Origin: Nitrososphaerota archaeon
Lineage (GTDB): Archaea; Thermoproteota; Nitrososphaeria; Nitrososphaerales; Nitrosopumilaceae
Assembly (NCBI GenBank): GCA_028867755.1
Contig: JAGWFT010000001.1
Location: 164,727 to 228,726, forward strand
DNA length: 64,000 nt
Reading direction: 5' to 3'
The position numbers were made by a program, and so were the translations under genes. This document shows positions 48,293 through 57,946 of this stretch, in pieces. Position 1 is the first letter of the stretch; each line of letters starts with the position of its first letter. Under the pieces are notes generated by a model. It ran no database searches. It was not told the DNA's origin and saw nothing but the letters and a program-made list of their open reading frames with translations.

Positions 48293-49240
48293 TTATAATT
48301 CAAATTCTATCTTCTGGATGGAATTTTTTGGAACCTGTAAATCTTTGAACGTATCAGGATTTATTATCTTTGCCAAGATCTCAAGTCCTGTTACGGTTCT
48401 TGGTCCTGGCTTGCTAAAGTATTCGTTTGCATTTACTGCATAAACTTGGCCTTGTTTTACTGCTTCAAGTGATCTCCATTTCTCCTTGTCTGCAAGTCTT
48501 TCATATTCTTGCATAGTTCGGTTTACATCAAAGCCGCATGGCATAAGCACAATTATTTCTGGGTTAAACTTGACAATCTCGTCTAGCTCCATTCTTCTTG
48601 ACTTGTCTCCTGTTGCACTAATTCCGTTTATTCCTCCTGCAAGTTCTACCATCTGTGGAACCCAGTGACCTGCAGTAAACAGCGGGTCAAGCCATTCAAT
48701 ACAGAGAACTTGGGGTCGTGCAATTTTCTGCCTGTATTGTATAATTTTGATTCTAGACCTCAGGCCATGAACAAAAGCTTGTGATTCACCGAGTTTTCCT
48801 ACCTTTTTGCCAATCTCAATTATATCATCAAGTATGTCACCGAGGTTTTTTGGGTCTAGGATTAGAACTTCGGGTTTGTCTTGCAGTATTGAGACTGCTC
48901 TGTTGATCTCTTTGGTATAAGGAGAGCAGACCTCGCAGATTCCTTGTGCAACAATTAGATCTGGATTTACTTTCTTTAGTACCTGCTCATCTAGCACATA
49001 GATGTCTTTTTTTGTTTGAACTAGCTCGACTACTTTACTGTCTATTTCTTTGCTTGTCATTTTTCCAGGATCAAACGAGGAGTGGATTACTTTGGGTTTT
49101 GATTTTGCTTCTGCTGGGTAATTGCATTCGTGTGTTACTGCAAGTACTTGATCGCCTACTCCTAATTCATACAGTATTTCTGTTGCACTAGGAAGAAAGG
49201 AAACAATACGGTTTGGCATGATTTTCATTTTATTTTCCAA
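48293..49240 (-). CDS. btuF: Cobalamin-binding ABC substrate-binding protein (BtuF-like)
   Basis: RIVSFLPSATEIL, THEC and AGHWVPQMVELAGG motifs; FSKPGPR. Confidence 0.8.
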   Translation of the reverse strand: MENKMKIMPNRIVSFLPSATEILYELGVGDQVLAVTHECNYPAEAKSKPKVIHSSFDPGKMTSKEIDSKVVELVQTKKDIYVLDEQVLKKVNPDLIVAQGICEVCSPYTKEINRAVSILQDKPEVLILDPKNLGDILDDIIEIGKKVGKLGESQAFVHGLRSRIKIIQYRQKIARPQVLCIEWLDPLFTAGHWVPQMVELAGGINGISATGDKSRRMELDEIVKFNPEIIVLMPCGFDVNRTMQEYERLADKEKWRSLEAVKQGQVYAVNANEYFSKPGPRTVTGLEILAKIINPDTFKDLQVPKNSIQKIEFEL

Positions 49241-49394
49241 CTAATAGTGTTAACTAGATTTTGGCTCGTATCGGTCTTTCCTACTTATATATGAGTTTCC
49301 AGTAGAAAATTTATCTAACTTAACATGCGTTGGATACGATAACTTAACTTTCGCTAAAACAAGTTTTATCCATGTTTGATTATTTACTTTACTA

Positions 49395-50282
49395 GTGAAT
49401 AATCAACACTTTTCACTAATTGTTCTAACTGTTACAATTTTTATGACTGGAATAACACAAACAGCGTTTGCTGATGATGCTCCTGCTCAAGTTTCTGATC
49501 CGGTGATTCCTCAGTGGATCAAAAATAATGCTGGTTGGTGGGCTAGCGGCCAAATAGGCGATTCCGACTTTATCAAAGGGATTCAATATATGGTCGAGAA
49601 TGAAATAATCAAGATTCCCATTACTCCAGGAGGAAACCTGCAAAACTCGAACCAAATTCCATCATGGATTAAGAACACTGCCAAGTGGTGGTCAGAAGAT
49701 CAAGTCAGTGATTCAGAGTTTGTAAAAGGTATGCAGTATCTTGTACAGGTTGGCATAATTCAGGTAGACCTTGTGAAACAAGTTAGTCCGGCTCAGGCTG
49801 CACAAATCCAACAAGCCAACCAAACAAATGAAATATCAACACAAGTTCCATCCTCATGCAACGTTCTTGACAATGATGTCTTACCTGATCCCACATGTAC
49901 CCCTGGAGTATCTGACCCGCAAGTAACACAAGATAACATTGATTCTACTATCTGCATTAGTGGATATGCATCATCAGTAAGACCACCAGTCTCCTATACT
50001 GAGCCATTGAAATTCAAGCTTATGGATGCCTATGGATATACAGATTCAGCAAGCGACTATGAACTGGATCATCTAATTCCTCTTGAGATTGGTGGTGCCC
50101 CGGCAGATGTAAGGAACCTTTGGCCTGAATCCCATTATACCACTCCAAGTTCCTATGACAAGGATGGATTTGAAAACTATCTGCATGATCAGGTATGCTC
50201 CGGAGCATTGGATCTTAAAACAGCACAGAATGAGATTGCCACTAACTGGGTCAAGTACTGGAATGAAGCTGGAAATCCATGA
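49395..50282 (+). CDS. Secreted protein: tandem 'IPxWIK..WW' module fused to an HNH-like (beta-beta-alpha-metal) domain
   Basis: IPQWIKNNAGWW and IPSWIKNTAKWW; LPDPTCTPG..YELDHLIPLEIGGAPADVRNLWPE..KDGFEN. Confidence 0.8.
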   Translation: MNNQHFSLIVLTVTIFMTGITQTAFADDAPAQVSDPVIPQWIKNNAGWWASGQIGDSDFIKGIQYMVENEIIKIPITPGGNLQNSNQIPSWIKNTAKWWSEDQVSDSEFVKGMQYLVQVGIIQVDLVKQVSPAQAAQIQQANQTNEISTQVPSSCNVLDNDVLPDPTCTPGVSDPQVTQDNIDSTICISGYASSVRPPVSYTEPLKFKLMDAYGYTDSASDYELDHLIPLEIGGAPADVRNLWPESHYTTPSSYDKDGFENYLHDQVCSGALDLKTAQNEIATNWVKYWNEAGNP

Positions 50283-50390
50283 AGTTTTAGTTATTTTAAA
50301 TCTGAAAAGTGGGCCCAAAAATACGACTATGATGGTACTCTGGTCCCCTGACCTGAACCATCAGCTAAACATACCCCTCAAAACTTAAGA

Positions 50391-51290
50391 ATGACTCACG
50401 GCTCGATGAGTCTGATGGCTAAATTTACTGTTCTTGGAGGACCTTCATCAGAACAGCTTGCAAAAAAAATAGCATCAAGGCTAAAATCAAGATACATCCC
50501 ATCTGAGCTGCGAACTTTTCCAGACGGTGAGAGCAAGGTAACTCTGAAGGGAAGACCAAGCGGAAAGATAATCGTAGTCCAGTCCATCCATCCCCCCGTT
50601 GATTCAAATCTTGTTCGTGCCTTGGCTCTTGTCTCGCAGGCAAGAAAGTACTCATCTCAAGTATATGCAGTAATTCCCTACCTAGGATATGCAAGGCAAG
50701 ACAGGGAATTTCTCCCAGGCGAGATTGTCACAATATCACTTGTGGCAAAGATGTTCAAGTCAGTTGGAGCATCAAGAATAATCATAGTTGATATTCACAG
50801 TATGAAAGCGCTCAATCTATTTCAAATTCCTACAAAAAATGTATCTGCAGTAGAAGAGCTTGTAAGATATTTCAAGAGATTAAAGCTAAAAAGTCCACTC
50901 GTGGTCTCTCCAGATATTGGTGGAATAGAACGAGCAAGAAACTTTGCACGTTTGCTTGGAACAGACCATATCGCATTAGAGAAACAAAGAGACAGAAGGA
51001 CAGGAGAGGTTGCAATAAAACAAGGAGATCATCATGATGTAAAAGGAAGAGACCTAATTCTAGTTGATGACATGATAAGCACTGGAGGCAGTATAGTAAA
51101 GGCTGCAGAATATTTGAAGAAACAAAAGTGCGGAAAGATATACGCAACATGTACTCATGCTCTTTTGATGGGAGATGCAGAAAAGAAGATCAAGCAAGCA
51201 GGAGTAACAAAGATTGTCAGTACCAATACTATACCTGGCAAGACAGGCATTGTTGATGTCTCTCCTGTAATTGCAAAGGCAATTAGCTGA
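50391..51290 (+). CDS. prs: Ribose-phosphate pyrophosphokinase
   Basis: FPDGE, PYLGYARQD, SPDIGG and VDDMISTGGS motifs. Confidence 0.96.
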   Translation: MTHGSMSLMAKFTVLGGPSSEQLAKKIASRLKSRYIPSELRTFPDGESKVTLKGRPSGKIIVVQSIHPPVDSNLVRALALVSQARKYSSQVYAVIPYLGYARQDREFLPGEIVTISLVAKMFKSVGASRIIIVDIHSMKALNLFQIPTKNVSAVEELVRYFKRLKLKSPLVVSPDIGGIERARNFARLLGTDHIALEKQRDRRTGEVAIKQGDHHDVKGRDLILVDDMISTGGSIVKAAEYLKKQKCGKIYATCTHALLMGDAEKKIKQAGVTKIVSTNTIPGKTGIVDVSPVIAKAIS

Positions 51291-52226
51291 ATGCCGCAAA
51301 GCTTTTTCATACTATCTGGTGAACAGCCAGAACTTGCAAAAGATGAGCTAGTTTCCATATCGAAGAGCTACGATCCCAAAGCAACATCGACTAAAGAATC
51401 AAGACTTGTAATAATCAAGTCTGCTGTACCGTGGGAAAAAATTGCCAAAAGAGCCACGTTTGTCAGAACTGGCGGCAGCATAGTAAGCACTTTGGATGAT
51501 ATATTAGAAACGAAATTGCATCTGTCAAAACCAAAGACATTTGCTTGCAGAGTCATCAACCTATCTTCAAAAAAAATCAACAAGGCAAAGATAGAAAGTG
51601 ATGCAGGTACAATACTCAAGGAAAAATGGGGCTCTAACGTATCCCTTTCAAATCCCATGGTTACTGTGTATTTTATCATTACCAATAACAAAAAGTATCT
51701 TGGCTATGCAGAAACCATGAGAGAACCAAAAAGGCCCAGAAAGACAATCAAGTACCCAACCGAGCTTGACTGGAAGCTTGCAAGATGCATGGTTAATTTG
51801 TCGCAGCTAAAGGAAGAAAAAACTATCTGCGATCCTTTTTGTGGAACTGGAACAATATTACTAGAAGCTGAATCTATGGGGATTCATTCCATAGGAATTG
51901 ATTTTGATGGAAAGATGTGCAATATTGCAGAAAAGAATCTTGTAGATAATGGATATGATTCCAAAGTAGTCAACTCAACCTATCACGATATACAAAAAAT
52001 CAAGGACAAGATAGATGCGGTGGTTACCGATGTACCATATGGAGTTGCATCAAGGACATCCATACCACCAAAAAGAGTACTACAGGATTTTCTATCTATA
52101 GTACCAAAGACAATGAAGCTTGTTATTGTATACAAGAAAGGTCTCGATGTTGATGAGCTAGGCAAAGCAAAAAAATACGAAATCTTTAGACACAAGAGCC
52201 TTACAAGAGTGATCGCTGTTACATGA
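51291..52226 (+). CDS. trm11: THUMP-domain tRNA (guanine-N2)-methyltransferase, Trm11/Trm14-like
   Basis: THUMP region; [12 protein letters not shown] and VTDVPYG motifs. Confidence 0.8.
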   Translation: MPQSFFILSGEQPELAKDELVSISKSYDPKATSTKESRLVIIKSAVPWEKIAKRATFVRTGGSIVSTLDDILETKLHLSKPKTFACRVINLSSKKINKAKIESDAGTILKEKWGSNVSLSNPMVTVYFIITNNKKYLGYAETMREPKRPRKTIKYPTELDWKLARCMVNLSQLKEEKTICDPFCGTGTILLEAESMGIHSIGIDFDGKMCNIAEKNLVDNGYDSKVVNSTYHDIQKIKDKIDAVVTDVPYGVASRTSIPPKRVLQDFLSIVPKTMKLVIVYKKGLDVDELGKAKKYEIFRHKSLTRVIAVT

Positions 52227-53122
52227 AGCTAGTATTCTTGGGTACATCAGCTGCACAGCCAACAATGGAGCGCGGCATGACATGCATCTGCCTAGTTCTA
52301 GACAAAGAGATCCTGATGTTTGATGCAGGTGAAGGCGCCCAAGTTGCATTTCAAAAGGCCAAGCTTGGATGGAACAAAAAGATGAAGATCTTTGTTACTC
52401 ATTTACATGGAGACCATTGTGTTGGGATTCTTGGCCTGCTGCAGACAATGTCACTACAAAACAGAACAGAATCACTTGACATCTTTGGTCCGCCAGGAAT
52501 TGACGAATTTCTTGCAGCTAACCTGAAGATACTAAACTTTGGTCTTACTTTTCCTGTCAGAGTCATCAAAATAAAAGAAGGCCCTGTTTTTGATGATCCA
52601 GCATATACAATTCATGTTTGTGAGGCAGAACATTCCATTCCAGCCTATTCATACCTCTTTGCAGAGAAGGATAGACCAGGCAAGTTCTATCCTGAGAAGG
52701 CTAAACAACTAGGGGTTCCCGAAGGGGAGCTTTGGCATGAGCTTCAAAGCAGCAAGGAGGTAAAGATCGGTGAGAAGATAATCAGGCCATCTGATGTAAT
52801 GGGTGAGAAAAGATCTGGTAGAAAAATAGGCATATCAGGAGACACAAGACCTACAAAGAAGCTGGAGGAATTTTTCAAGGGCTGTGACTATATCACCTTT
52901 GATTCCACATATTCTGATACATTGCGTGACAAGGCAAAAGAGAATTATCATTCAACATCAGTTGAAGCTGCAGAGCTTGCAAAAAGAGCTGGAGTCTCAA
53001 ATCTTATCCTGACACACTTCTCAGCAAGATATGATGATGCGAAAGAGCTGGTAAAGGAGGCAGAGGCAGTTCATGGTTCTGTGATTGCAGCAAAAGATCT
53101 CATGGAAATTGAGATCAAGTAA
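52223..53122 (+). CDS. rnz: Ribonuclease Z
   Basis: FLGTSAA, DAGEG, THLHGDH, SGDTRP, HST and LTHFSARY motifs. Confidence 0.96.
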   Translation: MKLVFLGTSAAQPTMERGMTCICLVLDKEILMFDAGEGAQVAFQKAKLGWNKKMKIFVTHLHGDHCVGILGLLQTMSLQNRTESLDIFGPPGIDEFLAANLKILNFGLTFPVRVIKIKEGPVFDDPAYTIHVCEAEHSIPAYSYLFAEKDRPGKFYPEKAKQLGVPEGELWHELQSSKEVKIGEKIIRPSDVMGEKRSGRKIGISGDTRPTKKLEEFFKGCDYITFDSTYSDTLRDKAKENYHSTSVEAAELAKRAGVSNLILTHFSARYDDAKELVKEAEAVHGSVIAAKDLMEIEIK

Positions 53123-53843
53123 CATGTTGGAACAAATATCTAACAAGCTAAAGCAGGCAGAAAAAATAATCTTTGTTACCGGTGCGGGAATTTCCCAAGA
53201 ATCTGGCATTCCAACCTTTAGGGGTAAAGATGGATTATGGCGAAAATATGATCCCATGAAGCTTGCTACAATAGATGCCTTTTACGAAGATCCAAAGCTT
53301 GTCTGGGAATGGTACGAGGAAAGAAGAAGGAACATACTTGCTGCCAAACCAAACCCGGGACATCTTGCAATAGTGCAGCTTGAAAAGGAAAAACCAGTTC
53401 ATGTATTGACACAAAATATTGATGGCTTGCATCAGAGAGCCGGGAGCAAAAGTGTCTATGAGCTTCATGGAAGTATTATTACAATCAAATGTACAGTATG
53501 TGACTTTAAGGACAAGATATCAACAAGTTTTTCTGAACTTCCGCCTCTATGTAAATGCGGAAATATTCTAAGGCCAGATGTGGTGTGGTTTGGAGAATCT
53601 CTGCCGCAGGATGTTTGGCAGGCTGCTATTTCTCAAGCAAGCTCTTGTGATACCATGATAGTTGTTGGAACATCGCTTGCAGTATCACCTGCAAATCTAT
53701 TGCCAGTTTATGCCAAGCAAAATGGCGCGATATTAATTGAGGTCAATCCAGAAGAGACTCCTATGTCTGGGACCATGGATATTTCGATTCGCTCATCAGC
53801 TGCAAAGGCCTTGCCTGAGCTTCTCACTGTATTTCAGAGATAA
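53085..53843 (+). CDS. cobB: NAD-dependent deacylase (Sir2 family)
   Basis: [35 protein letters not shown] and GTSLAV motifs. Confidence 0.95.
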   Translation: MQQKISWKLRSSNMLEQISNKLKQAEKIIFVTGAGISQESGIPTFRGKDGLWRKYDPMKLATIDAFYEDPKLVWEWYEERRRNILAAKPNPGHLAIVQLEKEKPVHVLTQNIDGLHQRAGSKSVYELHGSIITIKCTVCDFKDKISTSFSELPPLCKCGNILRPDVVWFGESLPQDVWQAAISQASSCDTMIVVGTSLAVSPANLLPVYAKQNGAILIEVNPEETPMSGTMDISIRSSAAKALPELLTVFQR

Positions 53844-53989
53844 ACTGTAAAAAATTATTCAAAAAAAGCACTGTTCTCATTGAATTGTTATTATCAATAA
53901 AAGAATTATTGAAAATACAATTATTAGTTGTAATAATTATGATCAATTGTTAAATATCATGAAAACGTATAATGATTAATGAAGAAAGA

Positions 53990-54105
53990 CGCAAATTCTA
54001 ACGACTGAATTTGCGTGGTCCTGTGAAAAACAGTACATAGTAGGTGCACAAAGGTGCGCAAGTGGCAAGAGAATGCTTTTGCCTATACAGGACCACGCCT
54101 TTACA
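53990..54105 (+). ncRNA. Candidate structured RNA: 5' hairpin + three-way junction
   Basis: CGCAAATTC/GAATTTGCG; GCGTGGTCCTGT 54013-24 / ACAGGACCACGC 54087-98; GTGCAC-AAAG-GTGCGC; GGCAAGAG-AATG-CTTTTGCC; TTAAATA at 53950-53956. Confidence 0.5.
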
Positions 54106-54217
54106 TTTTCTAAGTTATTTTAAACAAAATTTCTGTACTGGTATCAACTGTTAGTTCAAAAACTGAAGACTCGTGAAAACAGATTTGACCAGATTGTAAG
54201 GTACAGCTAAAATAGCT

Positions 54218-54607
54218 TTAGTGTGCGGTTTCTAAGACTTGCTTGAAATGTCTCGGTTTTTTGTCTCTGAATACATTGATAGCACAATAACGGGTAGAAA
54301 ATTCTCCCATCTGTTCAAGTATTGGTTTTAGATTTTTACCCTTCTCGGTGAGAGCATATTCTACTCGAAGTGGCATTTCTGGATAAACGTGCCTTGTAAT
54401 CAATCCATCACGTTCCATTTCTCTTAACCTCAACGAAAGAGTTTTGGAATTTATTTCTTCAACAGAGTCTAATAGTTCATTGAACCTTGTGTGATGGTAT
54501 AGGATCATATTTCGTAAAATTAACACCGTAAATTTTTTTCCAATTAGATCAAACGTGTTGTATATTGGGCAAACTTTCAAATTATCTTTACTCATTAATT
54601 GAGCCAA
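54218..54607 (-). CDS. HxlR family transcriptional regulator
   Basis: CPIYNTFDLIGKKF..RFNEL..KTLSLRLREMERDGLI..RVEYALTEKG. Confidence 0.93.
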   Translation of the reverse strand: MAQLMSKDNLKVCPIYNTFDLIGKKFTVLILRNMILYHHTRFNELLDSVEEINSKTLSLRLREMERDGLITRHVYPEMPLRVEYALTEKGKNLKPILEQMGEFSTRYCAINVFRDKKPRHFKQVLETAH

Positions 54608-54702
54608 GTTACTTTTTTCTCACCTGATTACAATTTTGTTACTTTCTGTTTAATATAGGTTACCTTTCTTTATCTAGTTATGAAAGGTAAGGAGGTGAAA
54701 AA

Positions 54703-55059
54703 ATGACTAAAGTGGCAGTGTTTGTGTTTGCTGATGTAGGTACACATGAAGGTTTGGGACGTGTGGTAAATGCGTTAGAAGCTGTTAAGCAATTTAAAGA
54801 AGCAAGAGATGATGTCAGGCTTTACTTTGACGGTACAGGTCCAAAATGGATTCATGAATTATCCAAAAAGGATCACATAGCTCACGATTTATTTGAAACT
54901 GTGAAAGATAAACTCGAAGGAGCTTGTTTATTCTGTGCAAAAGCATTTGGTGCCAAAGATGCAGTACAAGAATGCAAAGTGGACCTCATTGATGAAAAAG
55001 ATCAACATATAGATGTAAGAAAGCTTGTCTCAAATGGCTTCCTAATAATGAATTTTTAG
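54703..55059 (+). CDS. DsrE/DsrF-like protein
   Basis: LYFDGTG, ACLFCAKAFG and LVSNGF motifs; strong SD AGGAGGTGA at 54690-54698. Confidence 0.8.
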   Translation: MTKVAVFVFADVGTHEGLGRVVNALEAVKQFKEARDDVRLYFDGTGPKWIHELSKKDHIAHDLFETVKDKLEGACLFCAKAFGAKDAVQECKVDLIDEKDQHIDVRKLVSNGFLIMNF

Positions 55060-55311
55060 GGCTTGAAATATTGGAGTAATAAATTCCAAACAATTTCTTT
55101 TTTAATTTATTTTGTAGATTCTAGTTCTGTAAGGTTGGACTCACAGGTTTGAGCTCCTGAAGATTTGAGTTTTATCTGATGCAAACAATATCGGATAATC
55201 AAACAAATCTATTATGTTACAACCTCAGGGCCACGCTATCACACATTTTCTGATTCATTCTCTAAACAAGGTTTGAACGACAGAAGCATCTTTTTGAGGT
55301 TGTAAGGAATT

Positions 55312-56307
55312 CTAGTTTGTAAATATTCCTGATATTGTTGAATTTTGAATATTAGACGGAGTATAGACAGAAGCATGCAATGTCCCATAGATTGCATTTT
55401 GAATTGTCATTTCTATTATGTGCGGAGTATTTGGGACATCGTATACTTCAGTATGAAATTGTGATGCATAAAAAGTGCCAGAGAACAAGATCTTCTCGTT
55501 GTTTTTCATAGTTACTATAACTTGTGTGGTCTGACCAGTTGTATCATCATATGAGAGTATGATGCCTGTTCCTTGGTTTACTGCATTTAACTGAATAGTT
55601 TGGAAGTAGGCAGGAGTTGATGGGTTTGAGTTTTGATCATTAGAACTTGCTTGACTAGTATTTGTGAGGGATGGATTGGAAGGTGTTGTAGTTGATGGAT
55701 TGGAAGGTGTTGTAGTTGATGGATTGGAAGGTGTTGTAGTTGATGGATTGGAAGGTGTTGTAGTTGATGGATTCGAGCTTCCACCATTATTTGAACCTAC
55801 ATATGGATTAATCTGAATATTACTTCCCTGATCAGGTGACTGCGTGTAGTTTTCTTTTGGCGTGGTTGTTGTCACCTGTACTGGCTTGTTTACTGGGAGC
55901 ATACAGTTTGGAACTTGAATTATGTGAGTTAGTTCTGTCTGCCCGTTAATAGTTTCCGCCATGCCTGGAACCGAGACTTGGCAAGTATCATTTGTGTTCT
56001 GAAAAACTTGTCCCGTATAGGTTTGCTTAACCACCTCTTGTGGTGAAAGCTGTGTTAAAGTCTGCCCTGCATTTTGATTATGGGTATTGCTTGATTGTTC
56101 GCTAGTGTTACCAGCGCTAGAATTTGTAAGTGTACTACCATATCCAATTGAACTTGTGTTGTTTCCTTGTAAATGATTTGTGGCATAGTCAATGTGTTCT
56201 TTGATTGTATCAAGTGCAGGAACGTGTGAGTTTCCCTTCACTAAATTAGGTACAATAACAATTACTGCTATGGCTATTATTCCAAATGCGACTAGTTTTC
56301 CTATCAA
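55312..56307 (-). CDS. Membrane-anchored/secreted Ser/Thr/Asn-rich protein with PSNPSTTT repeats
   Basis: N-terminal hydrophobic helix, low-complexity linkers, Cys pair. Confidence 0.8.
   Translation of the reverse strand: MIGKLVAFGIIAIAVIVIVPNLVKGNSHVPALDTIKEHIDYATNHLQGNNTSSIGYGSTLTNSSAGNTSEQSSNTHNQNAGQTLTQLSPQEVVKQTYTGQVFQNTNDTCQVSVPGMAETINGQTELTHIIQVPNCMLPVNKPVQVTTTTPKENYTQSPDQGSNIQINPYVGSNNGGSSNPSTTTPSNPSTTTPSNPSTTTPSNPSTTTPSNPSLTNTSQASSNDQNSNPSTPAYFQTIQLNAVNQGTGIILSYDDTTGQTTQVIVTMKNNEKILFSGTFYASQFHTEVYDVPNTPHIIEMTIQNAIYGTLHASVYTPSNIQNSTISGIFTN
55670..55773. repeat. 24-bp tandem repeat x4 + partial (gatggattggaaggtgttgtagtt)
   Basis: Copies start at 55670, 55694, 55718 and 55742. Confidence 0.95.
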
Positions 56308-56382
56308 CCAGTATCACATATTGGAGTTTTAATAAAAAATGTATAACGCATACAATTTGAGTAAATGTAGAAAAAATTCTAG

Positions 56383-56796
56383 TTATTCAACAAACTCAGG
56401 CGCAAGCCAGTCAACTACTTTTTCCAGATCGTTACAGTGTATGATTATCTTGATTGGTCCCATGGGAGACTCTTCTGCTTCATCACAGATAGCAATAACA
56501 TCAACATATGCTGCCTGCTTGTTAAGATAGAACCAAGTGGTATCGCCTTTTGTATTGTATCGCATCTGTCTTCTGTATACTTTGTTTACTCTACGTTTTT
56601 GTATTGTTTCTTGAATCTTTGACAGAGAATGTAGATCTCTAGAGATCGCCTTTATGCTTCCATCCTTGTATTCATAATCAGTATCCAAGATTACATTAGA
56701 CACAGCAGTTCTGATCTTTTCCGGATCTTCTGATGGATTGACTGCAGCGTATGTTTCTATCTTACATGCAATATTGGGGACTTTCACTTTGTCCAA
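56383..56796 (-). CDS. DUF54 / RNA-binding domain protein
   Basis: VNPSEDPEKI..LNKQAAY..GPI motifs; typically paired with UPF0200. Confidence 0.85.
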   Translation of the reverse strand: MDKVKVPNIACKIETYAAVNPSEDPEKIRTAVSNVILDTDYEYKDGSIKAISRDLHSLSKIQETIQKRRVNKVYRRQMRYNTKGDTTWFYLNKQAAYVDVIAICDEAEESPMGPIKIIIHCNDLEKVVDWLAPEFVE

Positions 56797-57332
56797 CCTT
56801 TGATGATATCATATGCAGTGTTCACAAGATGTTCTATTGTTAGATTGTTATTAGAGATTGTTTCATCAGCAAGGGCAATCGATTCACTCATACCAACCCC
56901 AATTTCCCTAGAGTCCCTTTTTGTAAAATCTTCTCTGTCTGACGGAGCATCAGACCTGCCACGCCCTGTTAAGAACTTGAATCTGGTATCACCTGATGCA
57001 TGTATTGCAAGAACTTTTACGGTGCCGATTTTTTTTAATACCTCAACTTCTGCAAGCGACCTTACTCCGTCAACTAGCACAACATCTGAACTTGAATTTA
57101 ATATCTGATCTTTGATTAACTCAGCTACTGCACCAGGACCATTTTTTTCTCGAAGATCAAGCATGAGTTTGCCTAAATTTGCACCGGTAGGTTCAATTTT
57201 TCTTCTTGTCGCCTCTGCTCTTACAGCATCTCCCATTGTTATTTTATCAAATCCTTTTGAACTTAGGGCCTCAGCTATGGTAGTCTTGCCGGCACCAGGC
57301 ATTCCTGTTAAACAGACAATAAGCTTTGTCAC
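56784..57332 (-). CDS. UPF0200 nucleotide kinase (dephospho-CoA kinase-like)
   Basis: GMPGAGKT, MGDAVR, VDGVRS and RDSREIGVG motifs. Confidence 0.88.
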   Translation of the reverse strand: MTKLIVCLTGMPGAGKTTIAEALSSKGFDKITMGDAVRAEATRRKIEPTGANLGKLMLDLREKNGPGAVAELIKDQILNSSSDVVLVDGVRSLAEVEVLKKIGTVKVLAIHASGDTRFKFLTGRGRSDAPSDREDFTKRDSREIGVGMSESIALADETISNNNLTIEHLVNTAYDIIKGWTK

Positions 57333-57403
57333 ATTCGCAAATTCGACTCTCCAGTCTATGAAGCTACCGGAAAATCATTATAGACTCTGGGTTCTGAATT
57401 TCT

Positions 57404-57946
57404 ATGATGCGTACATTTGTAGCAGTAGAAGTTCACAGTGAAGATGTACTAGATGCAATAGCTAATCTACAGACAGATTTTGACATAAAGGCAAGTCCTG
57501 TTAACAGACAAAACATGCACTTCACGCTGCTTTTCTTGGGAGAGATAATGGATAATGTTGCAGAAGATGTAAAAAAATCACTTTCAGGTATTGCCTTTGA
57601 ACCAATTGAATTAAGTTTTACTCATCTTGGTGCATTTCCAAATCCAAAATTTCCTCGAGTAATTTGGATTGGTGTGGATGAGATCGCTTCTGAACAGCTT
57701 GTGGAACTTGCTACTCAAGTCGAGAAAAAACTAGCACCTCTGGGATTCAAGTCAGACAAGCCATTCAAACCACATCTCACCATATTTAGAGTGAAGAACA
57801 AGATGGATGATATTTCAAAAAAGATAGAAAAATACAGGCAGGTAAACCTTGGAAAAGATGTCATTTGTGAGCTAAAGTTCAAGAAAAGTATCTTAACTTC
57901 AAATGGGCCGATATATTCTGATTTACAGGTGATAAAGGCACAATGA
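57404..57946 (+). CDS. thpR: RNA 2',3'-cyclic phosphodiesterase (2H family)
   Basis: HFTL and HLTI motifs; PRVIWIG. Confidence 0.93.
   Translation: MMRTFVAVEVHSEDVLDAIANLQTDFDIKASPVNRQNMHFTLLFLGEIMDNVAEDVKKSLSGIAFEPIELSFTHLGAFPNPKFPRVIWIGVDEIASEQLVELATQVEKKLAPLGFKSDKPFKPHLTIFRVKNKMDDISKKIEKYRQVNLGKDVICELKFKKSILTSNGPIYSDLQVIKAQ

Noticed and set aside
50325-50420. Possible box C/D guide RNA (ATGATGG..12 nt..CTGA)
   Set aside because: The C box is imperfect, there is no convincing second C'/D pair, and I could not identify an rRNA or tRNA target without a search.
55130-55170. tRNA gene
   Set aside because: Only a T-arm-like hairpin with an 8-nt loop is present; there are no D, anticodon or acceptor arms.
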